Shown: positions 47,963 through 59,351, counted from the stretch's first letter. The stretch is 64,000 nucleotides of DNA from an uncultured Alphaproteobacteria bacterium (GCA_963823165.1 CAWGKV010000040.1:246877-310876), one strand, 5' to 3'. Numbers and translations: made by a program. The notes: generated from the letters alone by a model not told the origin.

Positions 47963-49540
47963 ATGACGCCACAACCCGACGCGGATCGTCCGCAGTCCGT
48001 CGCCGAAGAACTCAAGAACATCCCACTTTCATCCCGGCCCGTTCTCGAGGCGGTGGGGCTGTCGCGCTCGTTCGGCCCGATCGAGGTCCTGAGCGACGTG
48101 TCGATCGGCGTGCGGGCCGGCGAGGTCCATGCGATCATCGGCGAAAACGGGGCCGGCAAGTCGACGCTGATGAAGATCCTCAGCGGCCACCTTTCGCCGA
48201 GCCGCGGCGCGATCAAGCTCGACGGTTCGCCGGTCGAGCTGAAGGGGCCGGTCGACGCCGAGCGGCGCGGCATCGTTCTGGTCCACCAGGAGATCATGCT
48301 GGCGGCGGACCTGTCGATTGCCGAGAACATGTTTCTCGGGCGCGAGCTGCGGCGCGGGCTCGCCGTCGACGACCGGGAGATGAACCGTCGCGCGGCCGAA
48401 GCGATGCGCGTGTTCGGGGTCGAGGCGACAGTGACCGCGCCGGTTCAACAATTGTCCATCGCGCAGCGCCAGCTGGCGCAGATCGCGCGGGCGCTCACCG
48501 TTCCTCACCGGATCGCGATCTTCGACGAGCCGACCGCGTCACTGACCCCGGTCGAGACGACCGCGCTCCTCGACCTTATCCGGGAGCTCAAGGCGAAGGG
48601 CGTCGCCATTCTCTACATTTCCCACCGGCTCGAAGAGGTGAAGGCCGTCGCCGACACGGTGACTGTGCTGCGCGACGGCAAAAGGGTGGCGACGAAGCCG
48701 GCGGCCGAGCTCGAACCTCTCGACATGGCGCGCCTCATGGTCGGACGCGACCTTCTCGCCCTCTATCCCCCGCGCCCGACGGTCCCGGCCGGAGAACTTG
48801 CTTTCGAGGTCGGCCATTTCTGCGCGGCCGGCTTTGCCGAGGACGCGAGCTTCGGCGTGCGGCCGGGCGAAATCCTCGGCTTCTCGGGACTGGTCGGGGC
48901 GGGGCGGACCGAGCTCTTCGAGGCGCTGTTCGGCCTTCGCAAGGGCGGCGGGGAAATCCGTCTCGACGGCAGGGAGCAACAATGGCGCGACGCACGCGCC
49001 GGCATGCGCGCCGGCGCCGTCTATCTGACCGAGGACCGCAAAAGCAAAGGCCTGCTGCTCGAGGAGACCATCGCGACCAACCTGACGCTCGCTGCGCTCG
49101 ACAAGTTCCAGCGCGGGCCGCTGGTCGACCGGACCAAGGAGAGCCGCGCCCTCGACGAGGCGATTCAGCGCTTCGACATCAGGGTCGGCGACAAGAACCT
49201 CCTCGCCGGACAGATGTCGGGCGGCAACCAGCAGAAACTTCTTCTGGCGAAAATGATGCAGCTCAATCCGCGGGTCGTCGTGATCGACGAGCCTACGCGC
49301 GGAATCGACATCGGCGCCAAGCAGCAGATCTATCGATTCATCGCCGCGCTCGCGGCGGAGGGCCGATCGGTGATCGTGATCTCGTCGGAAATGGCCGAGC
49401 TGATCGGGATCTGCCACCGGATCATCGTTATGCGCAACGGCCGCATTGTCGGCGAAGTGTCGGGAGAAGCGATGAACGAGCATGCGATCGTCGTCCTCGC
49501 GACGGGGGTGAGCGCCAGCGGGGAGGAAAGCCGGGCATGA
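47963..49540 (+). CDS. Sugar ABC transporter ATP-binding protein (RbsA-like, two NBDs)
   Basis: GENGAGKS, DEPT, YISHRL, SGGNQQK. GGGGGAGG RBS. Confidence 0.95.
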   Translation: MTPQPDADRPQSVAEELKNIPLSSRPVLEAVGLSRSFGPIEVLSDVSIGVRAGEVHAIIGENGAGKSTLMKILSGHLSPSRGAIKLDGSPVELKGPVDAERRGIVLVHQEIMLAADLSIAENMFLGRELRRGLAVDDREMNRRAAEAMRVFGVEATVTAPVQQLSIAQRQLAQIARALTVPHRIAIFDEPTASLTPVETTALLDLIRELKAKGVAILYISHRLEEVKAVADTVTVLRDGKRVATKPAAELEPLDMARLMVGRDLLALYPPRPTVPAGELAFEVGHFCAAGFAEDASFGVRPGEILGFSGLVGAGRTELFEALFGLRKGGGEIRLDGREQQWRDARAGMRAGAVYLTEDRKSKGLLLEETIATNLTLAALDKFQRGPLVDRTKESRALDEAIQRFDIRVGDKNLLAGQMSGGNQQKLLLAKMMQLNPRVVVIDEPTRGIDIGAKQQIYRFIAALAAEGRSVIVISSEMAELIGICHRIIVMRNGRIVGEVSGEAMNEHAIVVLATGVSASGEESRA

Positions 49541-50538
49541 CGCAGGCGGTGCACGAGGCGCCGGTCGCGGCGCCGCGCAGGCGCATGAGCGTGAGTGCGG
49601 TCGCGCCGTTCGCCGCGCTCGCGCTGATCTGCGCGCTCGGCGCTCTCGCCAATCCCCGTTTCCTGAGCTTCGACAACCTCACCAATGTGCTGGCGCGCAG
49701 CACCTTCATCGCCACGATCGCGGTCGGGCAGACGCTCGTCATCACCGGCGGCGGGCTCGACCTTTCCGTCGGCGCGATGGCGGCTTTCATTTCCGGCCTG
49801 ACCATCCTGTTCCTCAACTCGGGGCTCATCGACAGCATGCCGCTGCTGATCGTCTCGGCGATGGTCCTGACCCTCGCCGTCGGCGCGCTGTGCGGCCTGT
49901 TCAACGGCCTGACCACGACGGTCGGCAAGATCGAGCCGTTCATCGTGACGCTCGGCACGATGGGCATCTTCCGCTCGCTGCTCACCTGGCTGGCGCAGGG
50001 CGGATCGATCACGATCAGCAACAGCGATGTCCGGGCGGCCTATCGCCAGGTCTATTTCGGCGACGTGTTCGGCGTGCCCTATCCGGTGCTGGCCATTGTC
50101 GGCGTGGCGGTTGCGGGCGCTTTCATTCTTTACGCCACCGCTTATGGGCGGCACCTGCGCGCGGTCGGCTCGAACGAGGACGTCGCACGCTATTCGGGCA
50201 TCAACGTCGCGCGCGTGCGCACCCTCACCTACGTGCTTCAGGGCCTCTGCGTCGCGATTGCCGTCATCGTCTACGTGCCGCGGCTGAGCTCTGCGAGCGC
50301 GGCGACCGGGCTCGGCTGGGAGCTGACGGCCATCACCGCCGTCGTCGTCGGCGGCACGCGGCTCAAGGGCGGCGTCGGCCATGTCTGGGGGACGATCGCC
50401 GGCGCCCTCATCCTCGAAGTCATCGGCAACATCATGCTGTTGTCGAACGTGGTCAGCGAATACCTCATCGGCGCGGTTCAGGGCGCGATCATCATCGTCG
50501 CGATGCTGGCGCAACGCGGCTTGTCGCGCAGCCGATGA
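49537..50538 (+). CDS. Sugar ABC transporter permease (RbsC-like)
   Basis: GGLDLSVG, EPFIVTLG, AVGSNEDVARYSGINV, AVVVGGT. Confidence 0.95.
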   Translation: MTQAVHEAPVAAPRRRMSVSAVAPFAALALICALGALANPRFLSFDNLTNVLARSTFIATIAVGQTLVITGGGLDLSVGAMAAFISGLTILFLNSGLIDSMPLLIVSAMVLTLAVGALCGLFNGLTTTVGKIEPFIVTLGTMGIFRSLLTWLAQGGSITISNSDVRAAYRQVYFGDVFGVPYPVLAIVGVAVAGAFILYATAYGRHLRAVGSNEDVARYSGINVARVRTLTYVLQGLCVAIAVIVYVPRLSSASAATGLGWELTAITAVVVGGTRLKGGVGHVWGTIAGALILEVIGNIMLLSNVVSEYLIGAVQGAIIIVAMLAQRGLSRSR

Positions 50539-50596
50539 GGAAAGTCGGAGGCCGGGCCTGTGGCGCGGCCTCCCAGGTGGAGTGGGAGAGAAAAAG

Positions 50597-51535
50597 ATGA
50601 AGCGGTTTTTGGTCAGCCTCGCGGTTGTCGGCCTCCTGGCCGGCGCCGCCCAGGCGCAACAGGCAAAGACGATCGCGGTCTCCGTCCCGACGGCCGACCA
50701 CGGCTGGACCGGCGGCGTGGTGTTCCACGCGATGGAGGAAGCGAAAGCCCTGGAAAAGAAATATCCGGGACTGAAGGTGATCGTTAAGACGTCGCCGGAT
50801 CCGGCCGCCCAGGCGAACGCGCTCGAGGACCTGTCGACTCAGGGCATCGACGCTCTGGTCGTTCTGCCGCACGACCCGAACGTGCTGACCGACCCGATCC
50901 GCAAGGTGAAGAACAAGGGGACGTTCGTGACCGTCGTCGATCGCATCGCGGACGACCGCTCGATCTACGACCTTTACGTCGGCGGCGACAATCCGGGGCT
51001 CGGCGCGTCGGCGGCGGAATTCTTCAAGAAGGCGATGCCGAACGGCGGCGACATCGTCGTCATCCGCGGCCTGCCGATCCCGATCGACAAGATGCGCGTC
51101 GACGCCTTCAACGCGGGCATCAAGGGCACGAAGATCAACGTGCTCGACAGCCAGTTCGGCAACTGGAGCCGCGACGACGCCTTCAAGGTGATGCAGGACT
51201 TCTTGACCAAGCATCCGAAGATCGACGCCGTCTGGTGCCAGGACGACGACATGGCGGTCGGCGTATTCGAGGCGATCGCCCAGGCCAAGCGCACCGACAT
51301 CAAGTTCGTGGTGGCGGGCGCGGGCGCCAAGGACATGGTGAAGCGGGTGATGGACGGCGACCCGATGATGCCGGTCGACGTGCTCTATTCGCCGACCATG
51401 GTCGCCGTGGCGATGGACGTCACCGCGCTCGGCCTCGAGGACAAGATCCCGGTGCGCGGCGACTACATCCTCAAGGCCTCGCTGATCACCAAGGACAACG
51501 CGAAGGACTTCTATTTCAAGGATTCGCCGTTCTAA
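50597..51535 (+). CDS. Sugar ABC transporter substrate-binding protein (RbsB-like)
   Basis: Signal peptide MKRFLVSLAVVGLLAGAAQA, plus DHGW and VWCQDDDMA. Confidence 0.93.
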   Translation: MKRFLVSLAVVGLLAGAAQAQQAKTIAVSVPTADHGWTGGVVFHAMEEAKALEKKYPGLKVIVKTSPDPAAQANALEDLSTQGIDALVVLPHDPNVLTDPIRKVKNKGTFVTVVDRIADDRSIYDLYVGGDNPGLGASAAEFFKKAMPNGGDIVVIRGLPIPIDKMRVDAFNAGIKGTKINVLDSQFGNWSRDDAFKVMQDFLTKHPKIDAVWCQDDDMAVGVFEAIAQAKRTDIKFVVAGAGAKDMVKRVMDGDPMMPVDVLYSPTMVAVAMDVTALGLEDKIPVRGDYILKASLITKDNAKDFYFKDSPF

Positions 51536-51639
51536 AGGCGGCGCCAACGTGAAACCGGGAGGCGCGCGTCGCACGCGCCTCCCTTGTTCTGGCTCGAGTC
51601 GAAACGCGCGCAAAAAGGCGCGCATGCAAGGAGGGGATC

Positions 51640-52698
51640 ATGGCTGGCATGATCAAGGGTCCGGCAATCTTCCTGGCGCAGTTCGCTGGCGACGCGCCGC
51701 CGTTCAACTCGCTCGACGGCATGTGCGGGTGGGCCGCCTCGCTGGGCTACAAGGGGGTTCAGGTTCCCACCTGGGTCGAGACCCTAATCGACATCGGCAA
51801 GGCCGCGGAGTCGCAAACGTATTGCGATGAACTGACAGGAACCGCGAAGGCCCACGGCGTGGCGATCACTGAGCTTGCGAGTCACGTCCCGGCCCAGCTC
51901 GTCGCCGTGAACCCCGTTTATGACGAAGCCTTCGACGGCTTTGCGCCGAAGGAGGTTCGAGGCAAGCCGGCCGAGCGGCAGAGGTGGGCGGTCGAGCACA
52001 TGATGAAGTGCGCGAAAGCCTCGAAGCGTCTCGGACTGACGGCTCACCCGACCTTCTCCGGCGCGCTTGCCTGGCCGTTCGTCTATCCCTGGCCGCAGCG
52101 AGCGCCGGGCCTGATCGAGGCGGCCTTCGAGGAGCTCGCAAACCGCTGGAAGCCGATCCTCGACGCGTTCGACGACGCGGGTTGCGACGTCTGCTACGAG
52201 ATCCATCCGGGCGAGGACCTGTTCGACGGGACGACGTTCGAGCGTTTTCTCGACGCGGTCGAGGGCCACAAGCGCTGCGCGATCAACTACGACCCGTCGC
52301 ATTTCGTGCTGCAGCAGCTCGACTATCTCGACTTCATCGACATCTACCACCAGCGGATCAAGGCGTTCCACGTCAAGGACGCCGAGTTCAATCCGACCGG
52401 CAAGCAGGGCGTCTATTCGGGCTATGCGCCCTGGGTCGAGCGGGCGGGACGGTTCCGGTCGCTCGGCGACGGGCAGGTCGACTTCGGCGGAATCTTCTCA
52501 AAGATGGCGCAGTACGGCTATTCCTCGTGGGCGGTGCTCGAGTGGGAGTGCTGCCTCAAGCACCCGGAGGACGGCGCGCGCGAGGGGGCCGAGTTCATCA
52601 GCCAGCACATCATCCGCGTGACCGAGAAGGCGTTCGACGATTTCGCGGCCGGCGCGATCGACGAGAAGCAGATCAAGCGCGCGCTCGGACTGAAGTGA
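51640..52698 (+). CDS. Sugar phosphate isomerase/epimerase (xylose-isomerase-like TIM barrel)
   Basis: CYEIHPGED, NYDPSH, FHVKDAEF, FRSLGDG, VLEWEC. Confidence 0.92.
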   Translation: MAGMIKGPAIFLAQFAGDAPPFNSLDGMCGWAASLGYKGVQVPTWVETLIDIGKAAESQTYCDELTGTAKAHGVAITELASHVPAQLVAVNPVYDEAFDGFAPKEVRGKPAERQRWAVEHMMKCAKASKRLGLTAHPTFSGALAWPFVYPWPQRAPGLIEAAFEELANRWKPILDAFDDAGCDVCYEIHPGEDLFDGTTFERFLDAVEGHKRCAINYDPSHFVLQQLDYLDFIDIYHQRIKAFHVKDAEFNPTGKQGVYSGYAPWVERAGRFRSLGDGQVDFGGIFSKMAQYGYSSWAVLEWECCLKHPEDGAREGAEFISQHIIRVTEKAFDDFAAGAIDEKQIKRALGLK

Positions 52699-52711
52699 GG
52701 GGGAAGAAAAG

Positions 52712-53886
52712 ATGGCCATCGAGGGACGCAGCGACGCCAGGAAGGGCGGCAGGATCAGGCTCGGCATGGTCGGCGGCGGGGAGGGCGCATTCATCGGCGC
52801 GGTCCACCGCATCGCCTCGCGCATCGACGACCAGTACGAGCTCGTGGCCGGGGCCCTGTCGTCGACGCCGGAGAAGGCGCGCCGCTCGGGCGAGGCGCTC
52901 GGCCTCGCCGAGGACCGGATCTACGACGACTACGACAGCATGGCGAAGGCCGAGGCCAAGCGTCCGGACGGGATCGAGGCGGTGGCCATCGTCACGCCGA
53001 ACAACGTCCACGCCGGCCCGACCTACGCCTTCCTCAAGGCCGGGATCCACGTCATCTGCGACAAGCCGCTGACCGTGTCGCTCGCCGAAGCCAAAAAGAT
53101 GAAGGCGGCGGTCGACAAGTCGGGGCGGATTTTCGCCCTCACCCACAACTACACCGGCTACCCGCTGGTGCGCCGCATGCGCGAGATGGTCCGCGACGGC
53201 GACCTCGGCGAGATCCGCCTCGTCCAGGTCGAATATCCGCAGGACTGGCTGACCGGCCCGACCGAGACGACCGGCAACAAGCAGGCCGCGTGGCGGGTCG
53301 ATCCGAAGCAGTCGGGCGCGGGCGGGGCGCTCGGCGACATCGGCACCCACGCCTTCAACCTCGCCGACTACGTGAGCGGGCTCGAGCTCGCGGAGCTTTC
53401 CGCCGACCTCACCTCGTTCGGCGCAGGGCGCGCGCTCGACGACAACGTCCAGATCATGCTGCGCTACGCCAACGGCGCGCGCGGCGCGCTTTGGGCGAGC
53501 CAGGTCGCGCCAGGAAACGAGAACGGCCTCATGCTGAGGGTCTACGGGACGAAGGGCGGCGTCCACTGGCGCCAGGACAATCCCAATTCCCTGTTCTGGA
53601 CGCCGTACGAGAAGTCGACCCGCATCGTGACCCGCGGCGGCCCGGATTCCGGCGAGGCGGCGGGGCGGGTGACGCGCGTGCCGCCGGGGCATCCGGAGGG
53701 CTACCTCGAAGGCTTCGCCAACATCTACACAGAGGTCGCGGCGGCGATCAAGTCGCGGCGCGGACGGGCAAGAAGCCGCCGAAGGGGGTGAATTTCCCGA
53801 CCATCGACGACGGGGTGAAAGGCCTCGCCTTCATCGAGGCGGCGGTGAAATCGTCAAAAGCCAATGGCAAGTGGGTGAAGCCGTAG
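52712..53886 (+). pseudogene. Gfo/Idh/MocA oxidoreductase with a -1 frameshift near 53755
   Basis: LGMVGGG, IVTPNNVH, ICDKPL, GDIGTHA. The natural C-terminus (FPTIDDGVKGLAFIEAAVKSS) is in the next frame. Confidence 0.88.
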
Positions 53887-53988
53887 GCGGTCGGACGGCG
53901 CTCTTCCCCTCTCGGGGCCCGTCAGACGGAGCGGTCCGGGCCGGCCGCGGACGACTAGCGAGAGCGATCAACTCGAACGTCCGCCAAC

Positions 53989-54213
53989 GAGAGGGCAAGG
54001 GCGTTCGCCAGGCGGAGCGCCGTGGGCTTTTGCGCCGTCCGCGAGCCGGCGGAACGTCCTGGAACGCAGCGGGAAGGCGGCTGGCCCCTCGGGGAATGAA
54101 GCCTCACGCCCGGGGAAGCCAAAGGAACGCCGGGGGAAGCAAAAGGAACGCCAGGGGAAACCGAATCCGTTCACGATTCTCGTCCTTTCAACGGCTTACA
54201 CCAGATGCGGAGA
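53989..54213. repeat. Dispersed ~225-bp repeat, copy 2
   Basis: About 85% identical to 8866-9093, same orientation, same 21-bp tandem units. Confidence 0.9.
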
Positions 54214-54423
54214 GTCCAAATTGTTTTCCGTCCGCCGGCCTGCTGCCGGCGCCGTCCAACGCCAAGCAGCCGGCCCGCGTCCATCCTCGTTCCCATGGAG
54301 GCTTCGCGCGATATCGTCATAGGCGCATCGCTCGCGGCGCAGGGCGAGGAATGCGCCCTCGGCGCACGATCCTGCCAGAGGCATCGAGCCGGCGATTGAT
54401 GGCCGGCGCGGTAATTCGTCCAT
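54196..54423 (-). CDS. Putative 75-aa SOS-controlled ORF ending inside the repeat (...SPHLV)
   Basis: GGAGAG upstream of the ATG, downstream of a LexA-boxed promoter. No recognisable domain. Confidence 0.3.
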   Translation of the reverse strand: MDELPRRPSIAGSMPLAGSCAEGAFLALRRERCAYDDIARSLHGNEDGRGPAAWRWTAPAAGRRTENNLDSPHLV

Positions 54424-54495
54424 GCTTGCCTCGCTCTCCCGGCGGGTTCGGCGGGGTTGGCGCCAAAGAATGTCCCCGTCCGGATGTCTGCCACT

Positions 54496-54524
54496 ATAAT
54501 GTTCCCTATTTGTTCGTTTGGCAA
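54496..54524 (-). promoter_or_regulatory. Sigma70-type promoter with a LexA box between -35 and -10
   Basis: GTTC-CCTATTT-GTTC at 54501-54515 (exact GTTC-N7-GTTC). Minus-strand TTGCCA (54524-54519)-N17-CATTAT. Confidence 0.7.
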
Positions 54525-54623
54525 GCAATTTTCGCTTCGCCGCCGAATATGGCGCTCATTTTGAGTAAAGCGCCGAAATGCCCCTGTCCGGTTTCGACTT
54601 GAAAACGTTGCGCTCCTGGCCGT

Positions 54624-55727
<1,104 letters not shown>

Positions 55728-55741
55728 GGAGCGTGTCTGTC

Positions 55742-56563
55742 CTACTTGACGGCGCCGAAGGTGAGACCGCGCACCAGCTGCCGCTGGGTGAGGAAGCCGA
55801 AGATCACGATCGGCGCGATGGCGAGAAGGGACGCGGCGGAAAGCTTCGCCCAGAACAGCCCTTCGGGGCTCGAGAAGGAGGCGATGAACGCGGTCAGCGG
55901 GCGAGCCTGCGTCGCGGTGAGATTGATGCTCCAGAAGGCCTCGTTCCAGCACAGGATGATCGACAGAAGCGCAGTCGATGCGATGCCCGGCAGCGCGAGC
56001 GGCACGAGAAGCATCACCACCTGCTGCAACGGCCTCGCCCCGTCCATCCGGGCCGCTTCCAGGATTTCCTTCGGCACGTCCTTGAAGAACGAATAGATCA
56101 TCCAGGCGACGATCGGCAGGTTCATCAGCACATAGATGATGATCAGGCCGTAGATGGTGTCGAGCAGGTGCAGGTTCTTGTAGATCAGGTAGATCGGGAT
56201 CAGCACCCCGACGGCCGGCATCATTTTCGTCGACAGCATCCAGAGGAGAAGATCCTTGGTCCTTTTCGACGGGTGGAACGCCATCGCATAGGCCGCCGGA
56301 AGGGCGATCAGAATGGCGATGAGGGTCGCGCTGAGCGAGATGGCGATGCTGTTGCCGGCGAAGACGAGATAGTCCGCCCGGCTCCGGACCTCGGCGAAAT
56401 TCTGCAGGGTCGGGGAGAAGAACAATTGCGGCGGCGTCGCGATCGCGTCGATCTCGGTCTTGAAGGCGGCGAGCGTCATCCAGAAGATCGGGAAGGCCAT
56501 GACGAGCGCCGCCACCCATCCGAGGAAGGTCATGCGGATCTTGCGTTTGGTCCTGGGACGCAT
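55742..56563 (-). CDS. Polyol ABC transporter permease (SmoG/MtlG-like)
   Basis: LWMLSTKMMPAVG, EAARMDGA, WNEAFW, EGLFWAKLSAAS. Confidence 0.93.
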   Translation of the reverse strand: MRPRTKRKIRMTFLGWVAALVMAFPIFWMTLAAFKTEIDAIATPPQLFFSPTLQNFAEVRSRADYLVFAGNSIAISLSATLIAILIALPAAYAMAFHPSKRTKDLLLWMLSTKMMPAVGVLIPIYLIYKNLHLLDTIYGLIIIYVLMNLPIVAWMIYSFFKDVPKEILEAARMDGARPLQQVVMLLVPLALPGIASTALLSIILCWNEAFWSINLTATQARPLTAFIASFSSPEGLFWAKLSAASLLAIAPIVIFGFLTQRQLVRGLTFGAVK

Positions 56564-56573
56564 GGGCTCGCTG

Positions 56574-57470
56574 CTAGTCGAGACTGCGCGCGACGGTGCG
56601 CAGGAGGAAGATGGCGACGACATTGGCGAGCACGACTGCGACGATGCCGCCGGCCGAGCCGCCGCCGACATCGAAATCGAGCAGCGCCGTCTTGTAAACG
56701 AGATAGGTCAAATTGGTCGAGGCGTCGCCCGGGCCGCCATTGGTCGTGACCAGGATTTCGGCGAAGACCGAGAGCAGGAAGATGGTCTCGATCATGATGA
56801 TGACGGTGATCGGCCGGGCGAGATGGGGCAGCACGATGAAGTAGAACATCGTGGCCCGCTTGGCCCCGTCCATGCGCGCCGCCTCGACCTGCTCCCGGTC
56901 GAGCGACTGAATGGCGGTGAGCAGAATGAGCGTGGCGAAGGGAACCCATTGCCAGGCGACGATGATGCCGATCGACGTGAGCGGCCACCTGCCGAACCAG
57001 TCGATGACGCCGAGATGGGCCGATCGCGTGATGTAGGCGAAGAGCCCGTTGACCGGGTGCATCAGGAGGTTCTTCCAGATCAGCGCGCTCACCGTCGGCA
57101 TCACGAAAAACGGCATGATGATGAGAAGCCGCGCGATCGAGCGCCCGTAGAACTCCTGGTCGAACAGAACCGCGAACAGGCAGCCGAAGACGATCGAGGC
57201 GGCAAGAACGCCGACGACCAGCGCCAGGGTGTTCCAGAGCGCGTCGAGAAGCGACGGGTCCGTCAGCAGAAAGGAATAATTGTCGAAGCCGACGAAGCGG
57301 GTGACCGGATCGAGCAGATTGTAATGGAGGAGGGAGAACCAGAGCGTGACCGCGAGCGGCACGAAGGCCCAGAAGACCAGGGGCAGCACCGCCGGCGCGA
57401 TCAGGGGGGCCGTGTCGACCTGCCGACCGCGACGTCTCCTGAGAAAGCCGGATTGCGCGACGTTGGCCAT
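56574..57470 (-). CDS. Polyol ABC transporter permease (SmoF/MtlF-like)
   Basis: PFFVMPTVSALIWKN, WQWVPFATLILLTA, EAARMDGA. Confidence 0.93.
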   Translation of the reverse strand: MANVAQSGFLRRRRGRQVDTAPLIAPAVLPLVFWAFVPLAVTLWFSLLHYNLLDPVTRFVGFDNYSFLLTDPSLLDALWNTLALVVGVLAASIVFGCLFAVLFDQEFYGRSIARLLIIMPFFVMPTVSALIWKNLLMHPVNGLFAYITRSAHLGVIDWFGRWPLTSIGIIVAWQWVPFATLILLTAIQSLDREQVEAARMDGAKRATMFYFIVLPHLARPITVIIMIETIFLLSVFAEILVTTNGGPGDASTNLTYLVYKTALLDFDVGGGSAGGIVAVVLANVVAIFLLRTVARSLD

Positions 57471-57737
57471 GGCCGTCAGGCGTCCTCCTCGGTGCGGCGG
57501 GTCGTTCTTGCGCGATGCGAAGCGTCTCGTGGCCGCCTGACCCGTCCGGCGACAAACCCGGTCCCGCAACGCCAGGGCGACAGACTAGGCCGGGATCGGC
57601 CTCGACCTCAACCCGTGGGACACGGTCCGAGGTTTTTCGGGGCTTCGACCCGAACGAGAGTCTCGTCGAAAGACGGCGCGGCGAACGCCCGGCGGCGCAG
57701 CGAGCGCGAGGCGGCGCGCCGCCGCCTCGCCCGTCCG

Positions 57738-59066
57738 TCACTTCGGATAGCCGGCGGCCTTCATCGCCCGCTCGGTCGCGGCCTGCGCCTTCTCGAGCGC
57801 CTGGTCGCCGGTCTGCGACCCGGCGAGAGCCGCCGCCACTTCCTGTCCGACCTGCGTCCCGATCGCCTGGAATTCGGGGATCGCGACGAACTGCACGCCC
57901 GTGTAGGGCACCGGATTGACGGTCGGATGGGCCGTATCGGTGACCTCGATCGCCTTCAGCACGGTCTCCGCGAACGGGGCCGCCTTGATGTAATCAGGGT
58001 TGGCGTAGGTCGACAGCCGCGTTCCGGGAGGCGCCGAAACCCAGCCCTCGGTCTCGCCGACCATTTTCACGTAGTCCTTCGAGGTCGCCCAGGCGAGGAA
58101 CTTCTTCGCCGCATCTGCTTTCTGCGTCGAGGACGGAATGGCCAGCGCCCAGGACCACGACCAGCCCGACGCCTTCGGATTCTTGTCGGTGATGGGCGAG
58201 GCGGTGAAAGCGGTCTTGTCGGCCACCTGCGAATCCTTCGGATTGTAGATGTAGCCGGCGGCCGAGGTCGCGTCGATCCAGATGGCGCATTTGCCGGTCG
58301 CGAACAGCGCGCGGTTCTCGTTATGACCGTTGGCCGTCGCCCCTGGAGGTCCCGATTTCGCCATCACGTCGAGGTACCAGTTCATTGCGGACTTCCAGGC
58401 GTCGGAGGTCAGCTGCGGCTTCCATTGCATGTCGAACCACTGTCCGCCGTAGGCGTTGACCAGCGTGTCGAAGAACGCCATGTTCTCGCCCCAGCCCGGC
58501 TTTCCGCGCAGGCATATCCCGTATTGCTCCTTGCCCTTGTCGGTCAGCTTCCCCGCAAACCCGGCGATCTGATCGTAGGTCGGCTTGTCCGGCATCGTGA
58601 TGCCGGCCTTGTCGAACAGGTCCTTGCGATAGAAGGTGAAGGAGCTCTCGGCGTAGAACGGCACGGCGTACATTTTGCCGTTCGCGCTGAGGGCGTCTTT
58701 CACCTGCGGAATGAGGTCCTTGTAATCGTACGCGTCGCCGAGATCGTCGACCGTATCGAGCCAGCCGAGCTTGCCCCAGATCGGGGCCTCGTAGGAGCCG
58801 ATGGTCATGATGTCGAACTGTCCGCCCTTGGTGGCGATGTCGGTCGTCACGCGCTGGCGCAGGACGTTCTCCTCGAGGACCACCCAGTTGAGCTTGATGC
58901 CGGTCGCCGCCTCGAACTTCGGCGACAGCTTCTGCATGATGATCATGTCCGAGTTGTTGACCGTGGCGATGTTCAATGTGGTCTGAGCCAGGGCCGGGCT
59001 GACGGACAGCACGCCGAAGGCGGCCAGAGCCGCACCGGCTCCCGCCAGCAATTTCGCATTATTCAT
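57738..59066 (-). CDS. Sorbitol/mannitol ABC substrate-binding protein (SmoE/MtlE-like)
   Basis: Signal peptide, IATVNNSDM, WVVLEENVLRQ, GKPGWGENM, PPGTR. Confidence 0.93.
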   Translation of the reverse strand: MNNAKLLAGAGAALAAFGVLSVSPALAQTTLNIATVNNSDMIIMQKLSPKFEAATGIKLNWVVLEENVLRQRVTTDIATKGGQFDIMTIGSYEAPIWGKLGWLDTVDDLGDAYDYKDLIPQVKDALSANGKMYAVPFYAESSFTFYRKDLFDKAGITMPDKPTYDQIAGFAGKLTDKGKEQYGICLRGKPGWGENMAFFDTLVNAYGGQWFDMQWKPQLTSDAWKSAMNWYLDVMAKSGPPGATANGHNENRALFATGKCAIWIDATSAAGYIYNPKDSQVADKTAFTASPITDKNPKASGWSWSWALAIPSSTQKADAAKKFLAWATSKDYVKMVGETEGWVSAPPGTRLSTYANPDYIKAAPFAETVLKAIEVTDTAHPTVNPVPYTGVQFVAIPEFQAIGTQVGQEVAAALAGSQTGDQALEKAQAATERAMKAAGYPK

Positions 59067-59351
59067 ATTGATCCTCCTCCCTAGGGCGCTGACATTCTGA
59101 TTATTGGCGCCCGGGCCAGTCCGAGACTGGCCGCGCGTCGAGTATCGGCTTCAATCAGAGCAACGTCAATGCCGCCCGGACCCGCTGAGTGGCCGGCATA
59201 TCCTTGTTTTGTATGGGGTTCCCGGGATATAACGGCGCCCGCGCCGTCACTGCGACCAACCGTCGCGCCGGCGGACCTCGAGAGCGTCGTCCTTGCGGGC
59301 GCCGGCTCCCGCGCTTGCCCGGGCGCTATTCTTACGACGGGGCTTGGACGA

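Noticed and set aside
54600-54613. LacI-type operator TGAAAACGTTGCGC
   Set aside because: The right half is degenerate and the site lies downstream of the ABC operon, not in a promoter of either sugar system.
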